A stretch of DNA of 64,000 nucleotides from Octopus bimaculoides (lineage: Eukaryota): assembly GCF_001194135.2 (NCBI RefSeq), contig NC_068989.1, positions 55,727,109 through 55,791,108 of the forward strand, in the 5' to 3' direction. The notes below the pieces were generated by a model. It searched no databases, was not told where the DNA came from, and saw only the letters and a list, made by a program, of their open reading frames with translations. Within the stretch, counting starts at the first letter, position 1, and every line of letters starts with the position of its first letter. The position numbers and the translations under genes are program-made. Below, piece after piece: positions 38,880 through 51,082 of the stretch.

Positions 38880-41810
38880 TAGAAGTGGTAGAAGTTGTGA
38901 ACAGGAACATAATTCTATAAGTGATATAGTCTTTAGAGTGTAAAGTGGCAGGTAAAGCTCAGAGTAAGATTTAGCATTTGATGCAAGAGAAAATGGTGGG
39001 TAAAAGTTGATGAGCTAGAAATTTCAGAGGAACAGTGTTTATTATAGTATTAGTAAATAAATGTACTGAAAATCACAGTATGATGACTAACCAAAGATTC
39101 TAAGCTTTCCAGGATGAGAAGGCTTGTAATTAAAGAAGAGCAATGTATTCTGAATGTGATTTAAGGTGTCAGTAATGAGAAAAATATGCATTCAAAAACG
39201 TAAAAATACATCATAATGAAGCTAGTATAAGACTCGTGAATTAATGGTCAACAGGTGATTAGGACTGAAGCATTGTAGCTCTAAGGTAAAGTCTTCTGAG
39301 TGCAGTTTTGACATTACAAATGTGAGGCTTCCAGTGGAAATCACTGCTACTAATGACTAAAGCGTGCCTAACGATGTTGCATCTTTAAATGAAATGATTT
39401 TCATAAGGAGTGAGATCTTCACACACAATCTTACTTGAGCTAGGTACTGCTTGCATTTTTGACAGATGATTTATTTTAATTTAAGAGTCACAGAAAGCAG
39501 AATGTTTGTCAAGATAGACTGAATATTTTTCAGTTCAAACCTAGTTTACAGACATTATATTATGAAATAAACAGAAAATGTCTACCCAACATAGAATATC
39601 AGATTACCCAACCATTTGCAACCCTAACTTCAGAAAACTAGCCAGCCACCTGGTAATATGCCAATCAAACAAATATACAAGCCTGATCAACTTTATATTT
39701 ACCAGGAAGGAACAAGATAAGCAACTACTCATGAATGATAAATCTAAACTAATACTAGTTGATGCAGATTGGAGCATTCTTCAGCAGGGAGTACCCCACT
39801 GGAGAATGTAGATTAGTGAGCAGTTACCTCAAGTGAAGAGTTAGATGGACTCTGAGGCACAAAACAATCTAGAGAAGAACTGTATGGAAGTTAAGAACTT
39901 CCATGAGCAGATGTATGTTCAAAGAGAACATACATGATGTGCATGATGAAGAGGTGAAGATAAGAGACTTAGGGTATAGAGGACAGCCGGAAGTTTGTAG
40001 AAAACAATTTACTGTAAGTCACAGACCAGACGAGTGGATGGAGCAAGGCAGAAAGTGACATGGTCTTGGAAAGAATAAATAGATACAGTTATAATTTTTT
40101 TTTTTAATCAACCTAAAAAGATTTGGAGAATGAAGCCAGATAAGGAATGATATCAGGTGGGTAGAAGAAAAGCTAAACAGGTATACACAACAATGAGAGA
40201 AGCTGAAATGAAAGAAGGCTTGCCATTTCTTTCAACGAAAGAACAGAGGTGTAAGGTGTTCCAGGCTGCAAAGCAGTGTGTCAGAATTGAATAGAGAAAA
40301 GTATGTAAAGAATGATAGTTGTGCACTTGGTACCACTAATGCTGAGAAGAAAGAAGCATAGAAATGTCACTACACAAATTTGCTGAATGAGAATGCATAG
40401 GCAAGAGGTCTACCCTAAAGTAACCCAGGAAAGGAACTAGTTCTTCAGGTTCACAGCTATTTAGCCAACAGTGGGATTAAGGATGTGAAGGCAGGTAAAG
40501 CAGTTGAACAATCAAACTTAGTCACTTGGATACTGTAAGTATCTAGTGAAGCAGTATACACCAGTTACTCACTTAGTTTATCAGGCAGTTGAAGGAGATG
40601 TCATACTCAATGACTGGTATAGTAATGTCATCATCAACTGATAAATGACTAAGGAGATGCTCTAGAAATAAGTGACTCCAGAAGCATCAAACTAATGGAA
40701 CAACTAATAGAAAAATGTAGAGTAGAACTAATTAGGAAGAGAGAGCTTGGGATGATGTTTAGATAGGGTACCATTGATATGCTTTTCTAATGAAATAACT
40801 ACTGAAGTTCTTAAGCAAGAGTTAACCAGTAGACCAAGCTTGTATGAATATAAAAAAGGCCTTCACCAGTGTATCATGCTCTGTAGTCTGATGGTTACTA
40901 AAACTCGGTATAGATAAATGTACAAATATATTATCAATATGATGAGAGCAGGAAGTTCCGTGAGATATTTAATGTGCAAATAGACATCAGTCAGGATTCA
41001 GTTCTTAGTTCCTTATTTTATTGTAGTACTTTATGCTATAACAGAGAAGTTTAAGACCAGTTGTCCAAGGGAACTTCTATAGGCCACTGATATAGGTCTT
41101 GAAACTGAATCTGTTTAAAAAATTAGAGAGAGAAGAAATTCAACACTGAAGCAAAGCCTAAAATCAAGAGGTCATGAAGTAAATCTAGCAAAGTTTGCAG
41201 GAAAGAAGATAGAACCCTACAGCTATAAGTGATGTGGAAATGCTCAATATGCAGAAAAGGTGCAGCATATGTAAGTATGAATGCTCATGATATACAATAT
41301 GATGGCAGACCAACTAACTGGAAAACAATCTGCATATACAGCAGAAATACAGGGATACTTTACAATATACCTTATTTCGGGAGGTAGATTTAATCCATGA
41401 GATAATTTCTTTCAAATGCTTGAAAGGTTTCAGAAATATAGTTGATAGCTTCCATTACCTAGGTAACAAAATTAACAGTGAGAGAAGTTGAAATGAGAGA
41501 AGGCTTACCATTTTCTTCATTGAAAAGAAGAGAGGTGTGAGGTGTTCCAGATTTCATAGCAGTGTGTCAGTTCAAATTGAAAAGAGGAAAATGTGAATGG
41601 AATGACAGGAAGTGTTTCAAAAGCATAATAGCCAGGGTAAAAATGTTTAGATAACTACGTCTACTAGCAACAAGAAAAGTGGGGAGTGTTCTTTCCAGGG
41701 GATGTTGCACAGTAATGATACATGAGTACTGAATGTAGAAGATGGGTGATGGAACTAGGTCAGAACATATGATAAAAGAGTTATGACAATGAAGATGGGT
41801 TAATGAAGAT
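38880..41810 (+). mobile_element. Old, near full-length RTE LINE (APE endonuclease plus RT)
   Basis: ICNPNFRKLASHLVICQS..INFIFTRK (APE C-terminus, about 39610-39740), followed by RT segments collinear with 25125-26400. Confidence 0.7.
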
Positions 41811-41879
41811 GAAAGACATCTAATCAATTTACTCAACCTTGAATCTTACTCATAATTATTTAATTCAAAGGGAGAATTC

Positions 41880-42055
41880 ACAAAAAGACAAAAGACGAAG
41901 ACAGGTGGTGTAGACAACAAACAGATGTATTAGTTTAATGCTTGGGAAGTGAAGAAGTCTTTAACGTTTCGAGCCTACGCTCTTCCACAGAAAGGAACAC
42001 AGAAAGAAACAAGGAGAGAAAATAAAGAATGTGTAGTGGCTAGCGATCTAAAGGT
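41880..42055 (-). mobile_element. Penelope-type terminal repeat fragment carrying a hammerhead-like motif
   Basis: Minus strand 41994-41959: CTTT-CTGTGGA-A-GAGC-GTAG-GCTC-GAAAC-GTT-AAAG. Confidence 0.55.
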
Positions 42056-42134
42056 AAATATATAAAGTCTGCATCATTCAAATCTCATCTCAAAACTGCG
42101 GTGGCCCCAGTTCCTCAAGAGCAACATATCACAT

Positions 42135-42330
42135 CAACATCATTTAGCATCCATGTTCTTTGCTTGAATGTGTAGGACGGTTTGACAGGATTCAATGGGT
42201 TTAAGCACTGCATTGTGCTCCAGTGTCTGTTTTGACATGGTTTCAACAGCTGGAGCCCTTCCTAATGCCAACCAGTTTACAGCATGTATTGGGTGCTTTT
42301 TTGTGCATGGCGCCATGCAGCTTACAAGAT
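42135..42330 (-). mobile_element. Degenerate (GAT)n-tailed SINE
   Basis: CAGCTGGAGCCCTTCCTAATGCCAACC domain. Confidence 0.65.
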
Positions 42331-42707
42331 GAAAATCCTCTTCAACCAAGTGGGACTACAGAAGAGAGGGAGGTAGCATTATGTTAGGTGATAAGAGAAG
42401 GGGTTAGAACAAAAGCCCACTTGGTAATCTCACAACTCTAGGTTTAATCTTACCGCTCACCATCTTAAGCAAGTATTTTCTACAATAAACATCAATTAAA
42501 CCAAGCTTTGTGATTGGAATTGAGCATGTAGAAACTGAACTGAGGATCATTGGATTGGCAATACCTTATTTTGGGTGGTAGATTTAATCCATCATACAGC
42601 CCTTGGGTGCTTTTAGAGGTCCCTAGACTCAAGATATCAAAATATTACATTTCTCCAAGGTTCTGCAAACAAATCTATTAGTCACTACATCTCTTCCTTA
42701 TGTTTAA

Positions 42708-42917
42708 CCCTTTAGTGTTTAGACCAGCAGTATCTGGCCAAAATATTCTACCTGTGTTATATTGAAACTGGCCAGATCTAGCCCCTGACACCTATTAATC
42801 TACAAATAAACTATTTCATCATAAAAATCTTTAAGTTATGAAATAATGCAAGAATAATTCAAAACAAGGTGAATAAATAAGCATTACATCTACCAGAATA
42901 ATCTGAATGTTGAAGGG
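42708..42917. mobile_element. piggyBac-type MITE (210 bp)
   Basis: TTAA (42704-42707) CCCTTTAG...GAAGGG TTAA (42918-42921). Confidence 0.75.
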
Positions 42918-43128
42918 TTAAGTTATAATTTGAAATCATAGACTTCAAAAGTCATCAAACATATTACCACAGTGATGACAAGCATAGTTGCTATGTAAGC
43001 ATGATATATTAACATCTAAAGGATAGAGGCGATGATAGAAACACTTACATAACTGAAAAGCTACAAGAGGGAATCAAGACCATAGTTTGAAGATCTTACT
43101 ATCTCAGTGCAGCAGCATACTCAATATA

Positions 43129-43343
43129 CAAGGGGATGCTGAAGTTCCTGGCTTTAAAGGTATCATGAAAGTCCTGGTTGGAGGCCCAACCTTCTGAGTT
43201 TTTTTATAGGGCTTAGAAAAACTGAAGCACTACTGCAATAAATGTGTGAATCTGAGAGGGGGAATATGTTGACTAAAATCATAATTAACTGATCCTTCTG
43301 TATTCTCTTTTACCCAGAGCCAGGAACTTTTAAGCACCACTCG
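43129..43343 (+). mobile_element. mariner-derived MITE (215 bp)
   Basis: TA TSDs at 43127-43128 and 43344-43345. TIRs CAAGGGGATGCTG-AAGTTCCTGGCT and AGCCAGGAACTTTTAAGCACCACTCG. Interior GLEKLKHYCNKCVNLRGEYVD* resembles a mariner C-terminus. Confidence 0.8.
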
Positions 43344-43994
43344 TATTATCATCAAAAACTATTATTTCCCTTTTTTTAATACTTGAACAATTTTTGCTTG
43401 TGCAATTTCAATGCTTGAACACTTTCATAACTATTAATTACTCTACTATGAAAGAGAATGAAATATTTTAAGTATTCCGAGTGAGGCTGGAAGGTTGATG
43501 TTCCATGTCAAAGGTTACAAATGATTGAAGTTAACTTTTGAACTCAGAACTCTAGGATTAGAGAGAGTGTACTTTTACATTAAAAACATAAGATAGCTTT
43601 AATTCAGCTGCTTGACAATGGAGTCGTATCAGTACAGATTGTACATGTGAGAAGAGATGTATCCTAAGGCAAGTTGATTGTATCACAATCCTGTTTAGCA
43701 CTTGCCTCTCAAAGCATATTTTTTAACAGCATCCAAGAAGAATTTAAAATTAAGAACAATGGTGTTTTAATGCAAAATCAACTGAATCACTTTCACCTGG
43801 ATTATAACCTTACAACTTCTACTTCTCAACCCAGAGAAACAAAGCTAAGTAGAATACATCTCTATTGTTAAAGACATGAGTTTCATTAACTGACAATTCT
43901 GGAATAAATTACTTAATTACTTATAAATGAGGCTTGAAGGTTTGAGAAGATGGTTTAAATAAACAGCTAGAAAACTAATTTTACAATAATATAT

Positions 43995-44212
43995 CAATTT
44001 CAAATTTTGGCACATGGCCAGCAATTTCTGGGGTGGGGGTAAGTCGATTACATCGACTCCAGTGCTCAACTGGTATTTTATTTTATCAACTCCAAAAGGA
44101 TGAAACGCAAAATCAACCTCGGTGGAATTTGAACTCAGAAAGTAAAGATGGACGAAATGCCACTAAGCATTTTGCCTGGCGTGCTTAAAGATTCTGCCAG
44201 CTAGCCACCTTT
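43995..44212 (-). mobile_element. Deu/Nin-like SINE
   Basis: Complete reverse copy. Confidence 0.8.
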
Positions 44213-44984
44213 AATTTTATAGTAATATATCAGCATTAATAATGGATTGATTAAACTCAGCATCAATTTAAAAAGGGGCTACTTCATTTTAAAAATAAAA
44301 ACAAGTAGAATGGTACATAGCAAACATTTGTTTTAAAGTAAGAAAGACTACATCTACCCTCAAAACATTTCATCTCACTAAATACAGTAAAACATTCTAA
44401 TCTACCATCAGCAAGTTAAATTATTTTCTTTTACTTTTATTCAGCTTCCTCACACTGTATATGCATGTCTATAAGTTTCAAAAATACAATTCTTAACACG
44501 GAATATGAAAACAGCAGATGCTAAAAGAAGAATTTGACACCTTGTAAATTGCCACAGTTTTCAATGCAAACTCTAGCATAAACCAAAGAATAAAAATCAC
44601 AATGTATTAACCAAAAGATTTAGTCAGAGTTAACTAAACTAAGTAGATTACTTCTATTTTTCTTCTTTTTTTCTTCTTCTTTGTATTTTTCCCCTTCATA
44701 ATTTTCTTACACCATCCATGAATTTCGTTCTGACTTCCTTCTATTCTATCTAACTTTTCTGATTATACTCTATCCCTTATATTCTTCAGCACTTTCCTAC
44801 TTCCCTTACAAAATCTTTTTCTTTCCATTCTTTTCAACTTAACCCTCACTCTCTTCTCCATGCCTCCCAAGAAAAAGAAAGAACACACACACACATATAC
44901 ACACTACACATTTATGTTACACCCACATAAAATGTATATGTGTGTATATGTATGTACATATGTGTGTTTATATANNNNNNNNNN

Positions 44985-45027
<43 letters not shown>

Positions 45028-45564
45028 ATATTGGCAGGAACAAACAATCTACTCCAATATAGCCCTACCTGAAAATCAAGTAGCTGACAAAACTCATCAA
45101 GCAAGAGACTCCAAAGATATTTTCGTCAATTCCAATGACACCTGTCACAAACAGCTCAACCAAAAGAACAGAAAATAAAAGAAATGTTTTAGTTCTTTTC
45201 TGCAGAGGTATGCAGAGAACTGCAGTTCACTCACTCAGCATAGTCAGCTGGTCACTGTTTTTTTCTTTCTTTTGCAACTATAATACCAAATCACTAACAC
45301 CATTACCATATTTTAATAAAACATAATTAAATTTAATTTGTATAGCTTTAACTCTATTATCAATAATAGGAGACCTATTGAGTCAAGTACATCAAAACCA
45401 AAATCAAATGGAAATTGTAGTTGTGATCCCTGTGCTGGTGGCACGTAAAAAACACCATCCGAACATGGCCGATGCCAGCGCTGCCTTAACTGGCTTCCGT
45501 ACCAGTGGCACATAAAAATATCCTTTGTAATATTAAGAAACAATTAATATTAAGAGGTAGAGAA

Positions 45565-45785
45565 GGCATCAAGCTGGCAGAATCATTAACACACTAGGCA
45601 AAATGCTTAGTGGCATTTCATTCACCTTTATGTTCTGAGTTCAAATGCTGCCAAGGTAAACTTCGCCTTTCATCCTTTCGGGATCAATAAAATAAGTACC
45701 AGCTGAACACCAGAGACAATGTAATCAACTTACCCTGTCTCATGAAATTGCTGGCCTTGTGCCAAAATTTGAAATCAATATTAAG
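45565..45785 (+). mobile_element. Deu/Nin-like SINE
   Basis: Complete copy. Confidence 0.8.
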
Positions 45786-46406
45786 AGCTAGAAAAATATC
45801 AGAACTGTAACTCTATTATCAATAGATCTTTTCAATACTCATTTTGGATAATGTAGAAGTCAGAAAAAATAAAAACTTATAAAAATAAATTTTTGCAAAT
45901 TTATCAATAGAGTGGAAGGTAGACAGAGGATAACTTCATTAAGTAAGAGAACTATGAAAGAAGAGAAAAAGAAGAAAAAATATAAAGAAGTAATCTACTT
46001 AGTTCAGTTAAAACATTTTCCTGTTTACCTAATATTGATGATATTGAAGTCTGGTAGATAATGTGATAAATTTTTAAAAATTTGTTAGCTGAGTAGCTGC
46101 TGCCAATGTGTGCATGTGCATGCATGCATGTGTGTGAATGTGTGTGTGAATGTGTTTAAGTGCATATGTGTATGTATACATGTGTATGCATACATGTGTG
46201 TGTTTGTATGTGTGTGTGTGTGTGCATATGTAAACATAAGTGAACGGTTGAGACAAGTAATATATATAGTTATAGCTATATTAAATTTGTGATATATAGT
46301 TATATTAAAATTGATAGTAAAATATTAACTACAAAGAATCCAGAATATGGATTCAGACTATGATTATTACTAATAATAATTCCACTACTACTACTACCAA
46401 CAACAA

Positions 46407-46444
<38 letters not shown>

Positions 46445-46470
46445 ACAACAACAACAACAACAACAATAAT

Positions 46471-46600
46471 ACTGCAAGAATTCTTTGCAGGGTTCTTGAA
46501 GTATGACCAGTGAACAAGTGCCACCTTAGTCTGCTGGCAGTAGACAGCTGTCACTTTCCATCATACCCAGCAAAATAAGCTGTGAGGTTTCATATAATAA
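46471..46600 (+). mobile_element. R4/Dong-like 3' end (family D2)
   Basis: ACT GCA AGA ATT CTT TGC AGG GTT CTT GAA GTA TGA = TARILCRVLEV*, then a structured 3'UTR and a TAA-rich tail. Confidence 0.75.
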
Positions 46601-46624
46601 CAATAAGGATAATAATTATCTTTT

Positions 46625-46824
46625 CTACTATAGACACAGAGTCTGAAATTTTGTTAGGGAGGGGACTAGTTGATTACACCAACCCCAATGTTTCACTGGT
46701 ACTTAATTTATCGACCTCGAAAGGATGAAAGGCAAAGTCAACCTTGGCAGAAATTGAACTCAGAACGTAAGGACAGAAAAAATGCTGCTAATGATTCTGC
46801 CAGCTCGCTGCCTTAATAATAATG

Positions 46825-46893
<69 letters not shown>

Positions 46894-47175
46894 GTTTCAA
46901 ATTTTGTCACAGACGATGTGTCGATTACATCAACTCCAGTGTTCAACTGGTACTTAATTTAGCCCTGAAAGGATGAAAGGCAAAGTTGACCTTGGCGCAA
47001 TTTGAACTCAGAACATAGTGACAGACAAAATAGCGCTAAGCATTTTGCCCAACGTGCTAATGATTCTGCCAGCTCGCCACCTTGTTGTTGTTGTTGTTGA
47101 TGATGATGATGATGATGATGGTGATGGTGATGGTGATGGTGATGGTGATGGTGATGGTGATGGTGATGATGATGG

Positions 47176-47218
<43 letters not shown>

Positions 47219-47614
47219 CCATTCTACACCAGGCAGAAGGCCTGAAATTTTGGGGAGGGGCCTATTCAATTACATCAACCCCAGTGCTCAACTGATACTT
47301 ATATTTATCAACCCCAAAAGGATGAAAGGCAAAGTTGACCTCAGAAAAATTTAAACTCAGATTGTAAAGATGAACAGAATATTAATGATAATGGCCTCAG
47401 ATTTTGACACAAGGCCAGCAATTTTGGGTGACAGGGTAAGCCAATTACATCAAGCCCAGTGCTTAACTGGTACTTATTTTATTGACGTCAGAATGTAGAA
47501 GGATAAAATGCAAAGCTGACCTTGGCGGAATTTGAACTCAGAATGTGAAGAGAGAGACAAAATACCACTAAGCATTTTGGCCGGCATGCTAACGACTATG
47601 CCAACTTACAACCT

Positions 47615-47615
<1 letters not shown>
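46625..47615 (-). mobile_element. Array of four co-oriented Deu/Nin-like SINEs separated by trinucleotide tracts
   Basis: Copies at about 46625-46815, 46895-47080, 47215-47350 and 47395-47615. Confidence 0.8.
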
Positions 47616-47678
<63 letters not shown>

Positions 47679-47681
<3 letters not shown>

Positions 47682-48665
47682 CCCAGCAATGGCTGAGAAG
47701 CTCAGGACTCAAAGCAGAGACTGAAGGATTTTTAATTGCTGCACAAGACCAAAGCCTCCCCACCAGAAATTACCAAAAACACATAATGAAAAGAAATATA
47801 ACAAGTAACTGTAGAATATGTGGAGATCGACAAGAAACAATAAATCATATTATCTCTGGCTGCCCAGTCCTGGCTAAGAAGGAATATATTCACAGACACG
47901 NNNNNNNNNNNNNNNNNNNNNNNNNNNNNNNNNNNNNNNNNNNNNNNNNNNNNNNNNNNNNNNNNNNNNNNNNNNNNNNNNNNNNNNNNNNNNNNNNNNN
48001 NNNNNNNNNNNNNNNNNNNNNNNNNNNNNNNNNNNNNNNNNNNNNNNNNNNNNNNNNNNNNNNNNNNNNNNNNNNNNNNNNNNNNNNNNNNNNNNNNNNN
48101 NNNNNNNNNNNNNNNNNNNNNNNNNNNNNNNNNNNNNNNNNNNNNNNNNNNNNNNNNNNNNNNNNNNNNNNNNNNNNNNNNNNNNNNNNNNNNNNNNNNN
48201 NNNNNNNNNNNNNNNNNNNNNNNNNNNNNNNNNNNNNNNNNNNNNNNNNNNNNNNNNNNNNNNNNNNNNNNNNNNNNNNNNNNNNNNNNNNNNNNNNNNN
48301 NNNNNNNNNNNNNNNNNNNNNNNNNNNNNNNNNNNNNNNNNNNNNNNNNNNNNNNNNNNNNNNNNNNNNNNNNNNNNNNNNNNNNNNNNNNNNNNNNNNN
48401 NNNNNAAAAACAGAAACAATTCCTATCATAGTAGGTGCCTTAGGTATAATAAAAAAATATTCAGACAAATACATAACAAAAACACCAGGACTTACAAATA
48501 TATATAACATACAGAAAATTGCACTACTGGGTACTGCACACATTCTACGCAAAACACTTTCAATACAGTAAACATAAGAGCACCACAGCAAACCACAGCA
48601 CATACCCAAGGCGCACAGAGCTGCGCTCGGTAGTGAAGTGAAAGCACGTTATAAAAATAAAACTA

Positions 48666-48670
<5 letters not shown>
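47679..48670 (+). mobile_element. Young 5'-truncated R4/Dong LINE (family A): CCHC knuckle and RLE C-terminus in (TAA)n
   Basis: Stop-free KSQQWLRSSGLKAETEGFLIAAQDQSLPTRNY...CRICGDRQETINHIISGC...[gap 47901-48405]...IPIIVGALG...LLGTAHILRKTLSIQ*; (TAA)n on both flanks. Confidence 0.9.
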
Positions 48671-48708
<38 letters not shown>

Positions 48709-48713
48709 GTAAT

Positions 48714-49075
48714 AAAAGCACTCAGAAAGCGCAAGCCTCTGCCAAGGCAACACTAACGTCCTCTCAACGATTAGCTGGGGATGATTTTTAAAATGAGAAT
48801 ATCTGAAATAAACTCAACTGTTCTCAGGAACAAGAATACTAAAAATGAACCCAACCACTCACAAAAGTTAAGTAAAAAGACCAGAAAAATTATCCAGAAT
48901 CCTTGTCTGGTACCTGATCAATCCCAAAATCTAATCAGTTTGTACCAGTCACAAGACCAAACATCCCTGAAAGTTTCATCCGAATCCATCAAGTGGTTTT
49001 TGAGATATCTTGTCCACGGAAAAACAAACAAACAAACACTACTGAAAACAATACCTCTGCCTTCGCTAAGATGGA

Positions 49076-49080
<5 letters not shown>
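48714..49080. mobile_element. Helentron/HINE-like non-autonomous element in (TAA)n
   Basis: CCTCTGCC near the left end; terminal hairpin ACCTCTGCCTT-CGCT-AAGATGGAGGT (49053-49078); (CAAA)n before it; no ORF support. Class is inference. Confidence 0.5.
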
Positions 49081-49114
<34 letters not shown>

Positions 49115-49115
<1 letters not shown>

Positions 49116-49195
49116 TGTCATCTTAGTCTGCTGGCTGTGGACAGCTGACACTTTCCATCGTACCCAGCAATATAAGCTGTGAGTTTTTATACAAT
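49115..49195 (+). mobile_element. R4/Dong-like 3'UTR stub (family D2)
   Basis: Near copy of 46518-46595 between (TAA)n tracts. Confidence 0.75.
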
Positions 49196-49199
49196 AATA

Positions 49200-49392
<193 letters not shown>

Positions 49393-49819
49393 ACAAACAC
49401 ATGTGTTTGTGTGTATTTGTTTGTGGATCAGAAGACAGCTGACAGCCCTATGTGCATGAAAGTAGTGGAAGCTATAAAGTCAGCCCAAGTAACTTGCTAT
49501 TGAATTATACAGCAGAGTAAGTCACTGCTGTCTATTTCTAATTGCTACTGTTTCCCTGAGAAAGTACAAGAGACACTGGCATTCAAACAATTGTTCTTCT
49601 ATAGAGACCCAGCTTTTGGTGACATGACAATGCCAATAAAAAAAACTAAAAAAACCTACTTCATGTATCCAGCATAACAATGCCATGAAAATAAACACTA
49701 AGAAATATCTTATTGAAATGAGACTGATGGAAAATCAAACTAATAATGTATATTTGTAGATAAATTCACCCTTAACATTCAAGCAAAATAAGCATGAAAA
49801 CTAACAAAGCAAGCATTAG

Positions 49820-49980
49820 ACATGGGCATGACTGTGTGGTTTAGATGCTTGCTTTACAAGCTCATGGTTTCAGGTTCAGTCCCACTTTGCAGAACTTTGG
49901 GCAAGTGTCTTTTACTATAGCCCCAGGACAACCAATGCCTTGTGAGTGAATCTGGCAGATGGAAACTGTATGGAAGCCTC
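49820..49980 (+). mobile_element. CORE-type SINE 5' part
   Basis: Head and core present. Confidence 0.7.
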
Positions 49981-50689
49981 CACTGCCACAAGCTCAACCA
50001 AAAGGACAGACAGATATCAAACTAATGACAATCTAGTTCCTTTATCCTAGATATCAAACTAGATATCAAATTAATGATAATCTAGTTCATTTATCCAGAA
50101 ATGTTCTATTTGAAGATAAACTATCCACTTGCAAGTAGATCTGAGCCTTTAACAACTATCTTCGCTAAAAACACAATGACGAAACATGAGCCAATGACAT
50201 TATTTGGTGTATGATTCCTTGTAGTCTTTGCTGTACATTCTTTTTTTTTTTTGAGAAATAAACTAAGCAACCTCTAATAAAACAAAACAAAAAACTTCTC
50301 TACATATGATGATTTCATCCATATACTGTAATTAAAATGATTTGTTTCATGTAGTTTCATCAATTCACATTTCTCTCTTCATCTGTCCAGAGAATTTCTT
50401 TGACTATTCTACACCTTTTTATCATAACTATTTCCATTCACAGATATCAATGGTTATTTCAATGTTCAATTTGTAACCAAGCTTGTATGCCTTAAAACTG
50501 ATCTTGCTAATCACGTGAGGGTAAATTAACCAAAACAGGTTCATAATAAATCTTCCTTTCTGTTTCAAGAAATCATAGCTTTGATGTACACCAGAGAAGT
50601 CACAGTGACATACCCCCAATATGTCCACTAAAATCACCAATCATGATAATGAGGTGGCTGTCATTCATTATTAATGTTGTCAGCAGGAG

Positions 50690-51075
50690 GATCTCATAAA
50701 AGTAGTCCTTTGTTCTGTGTTCGAATTCCACCAAGGTTGACTTTGCTTTTCATCCATTTGGGGTCGATAAAATAAGTACCAGTCAAGTACTGGGATTGAT
50801 GTAATTGACTAGCCACTTCCCTAGAATTTCAGGCTTTGACCTTAAAATAAAAGGGATTGGCAGCAAGCTGGCAGAATCATTAGCACACTGGCCAAAATGC
50901 TTAGCAGCATTTCGTCCAATTTTATAATCTGAGTTCAAATTCTACTGAGGTTGACTTTACCTTTCATCCTTACAGAGTCAATAAAATGAGAACCACTCAA
51001 TTACTGGGGACAATGTAATCGACAAGCCACCTCCCCCAAAATTTCAGGTCTTGCACCTATAGTAGAAAGGATTAT
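50690..51075 (+). mobile_element. Two tandem Deu/Nin-like SINEs
   Basis: Two core domains, ending AGGATTATTATT. Confidence 0.75.
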
Positions 51076-51082
51076 TATTATT

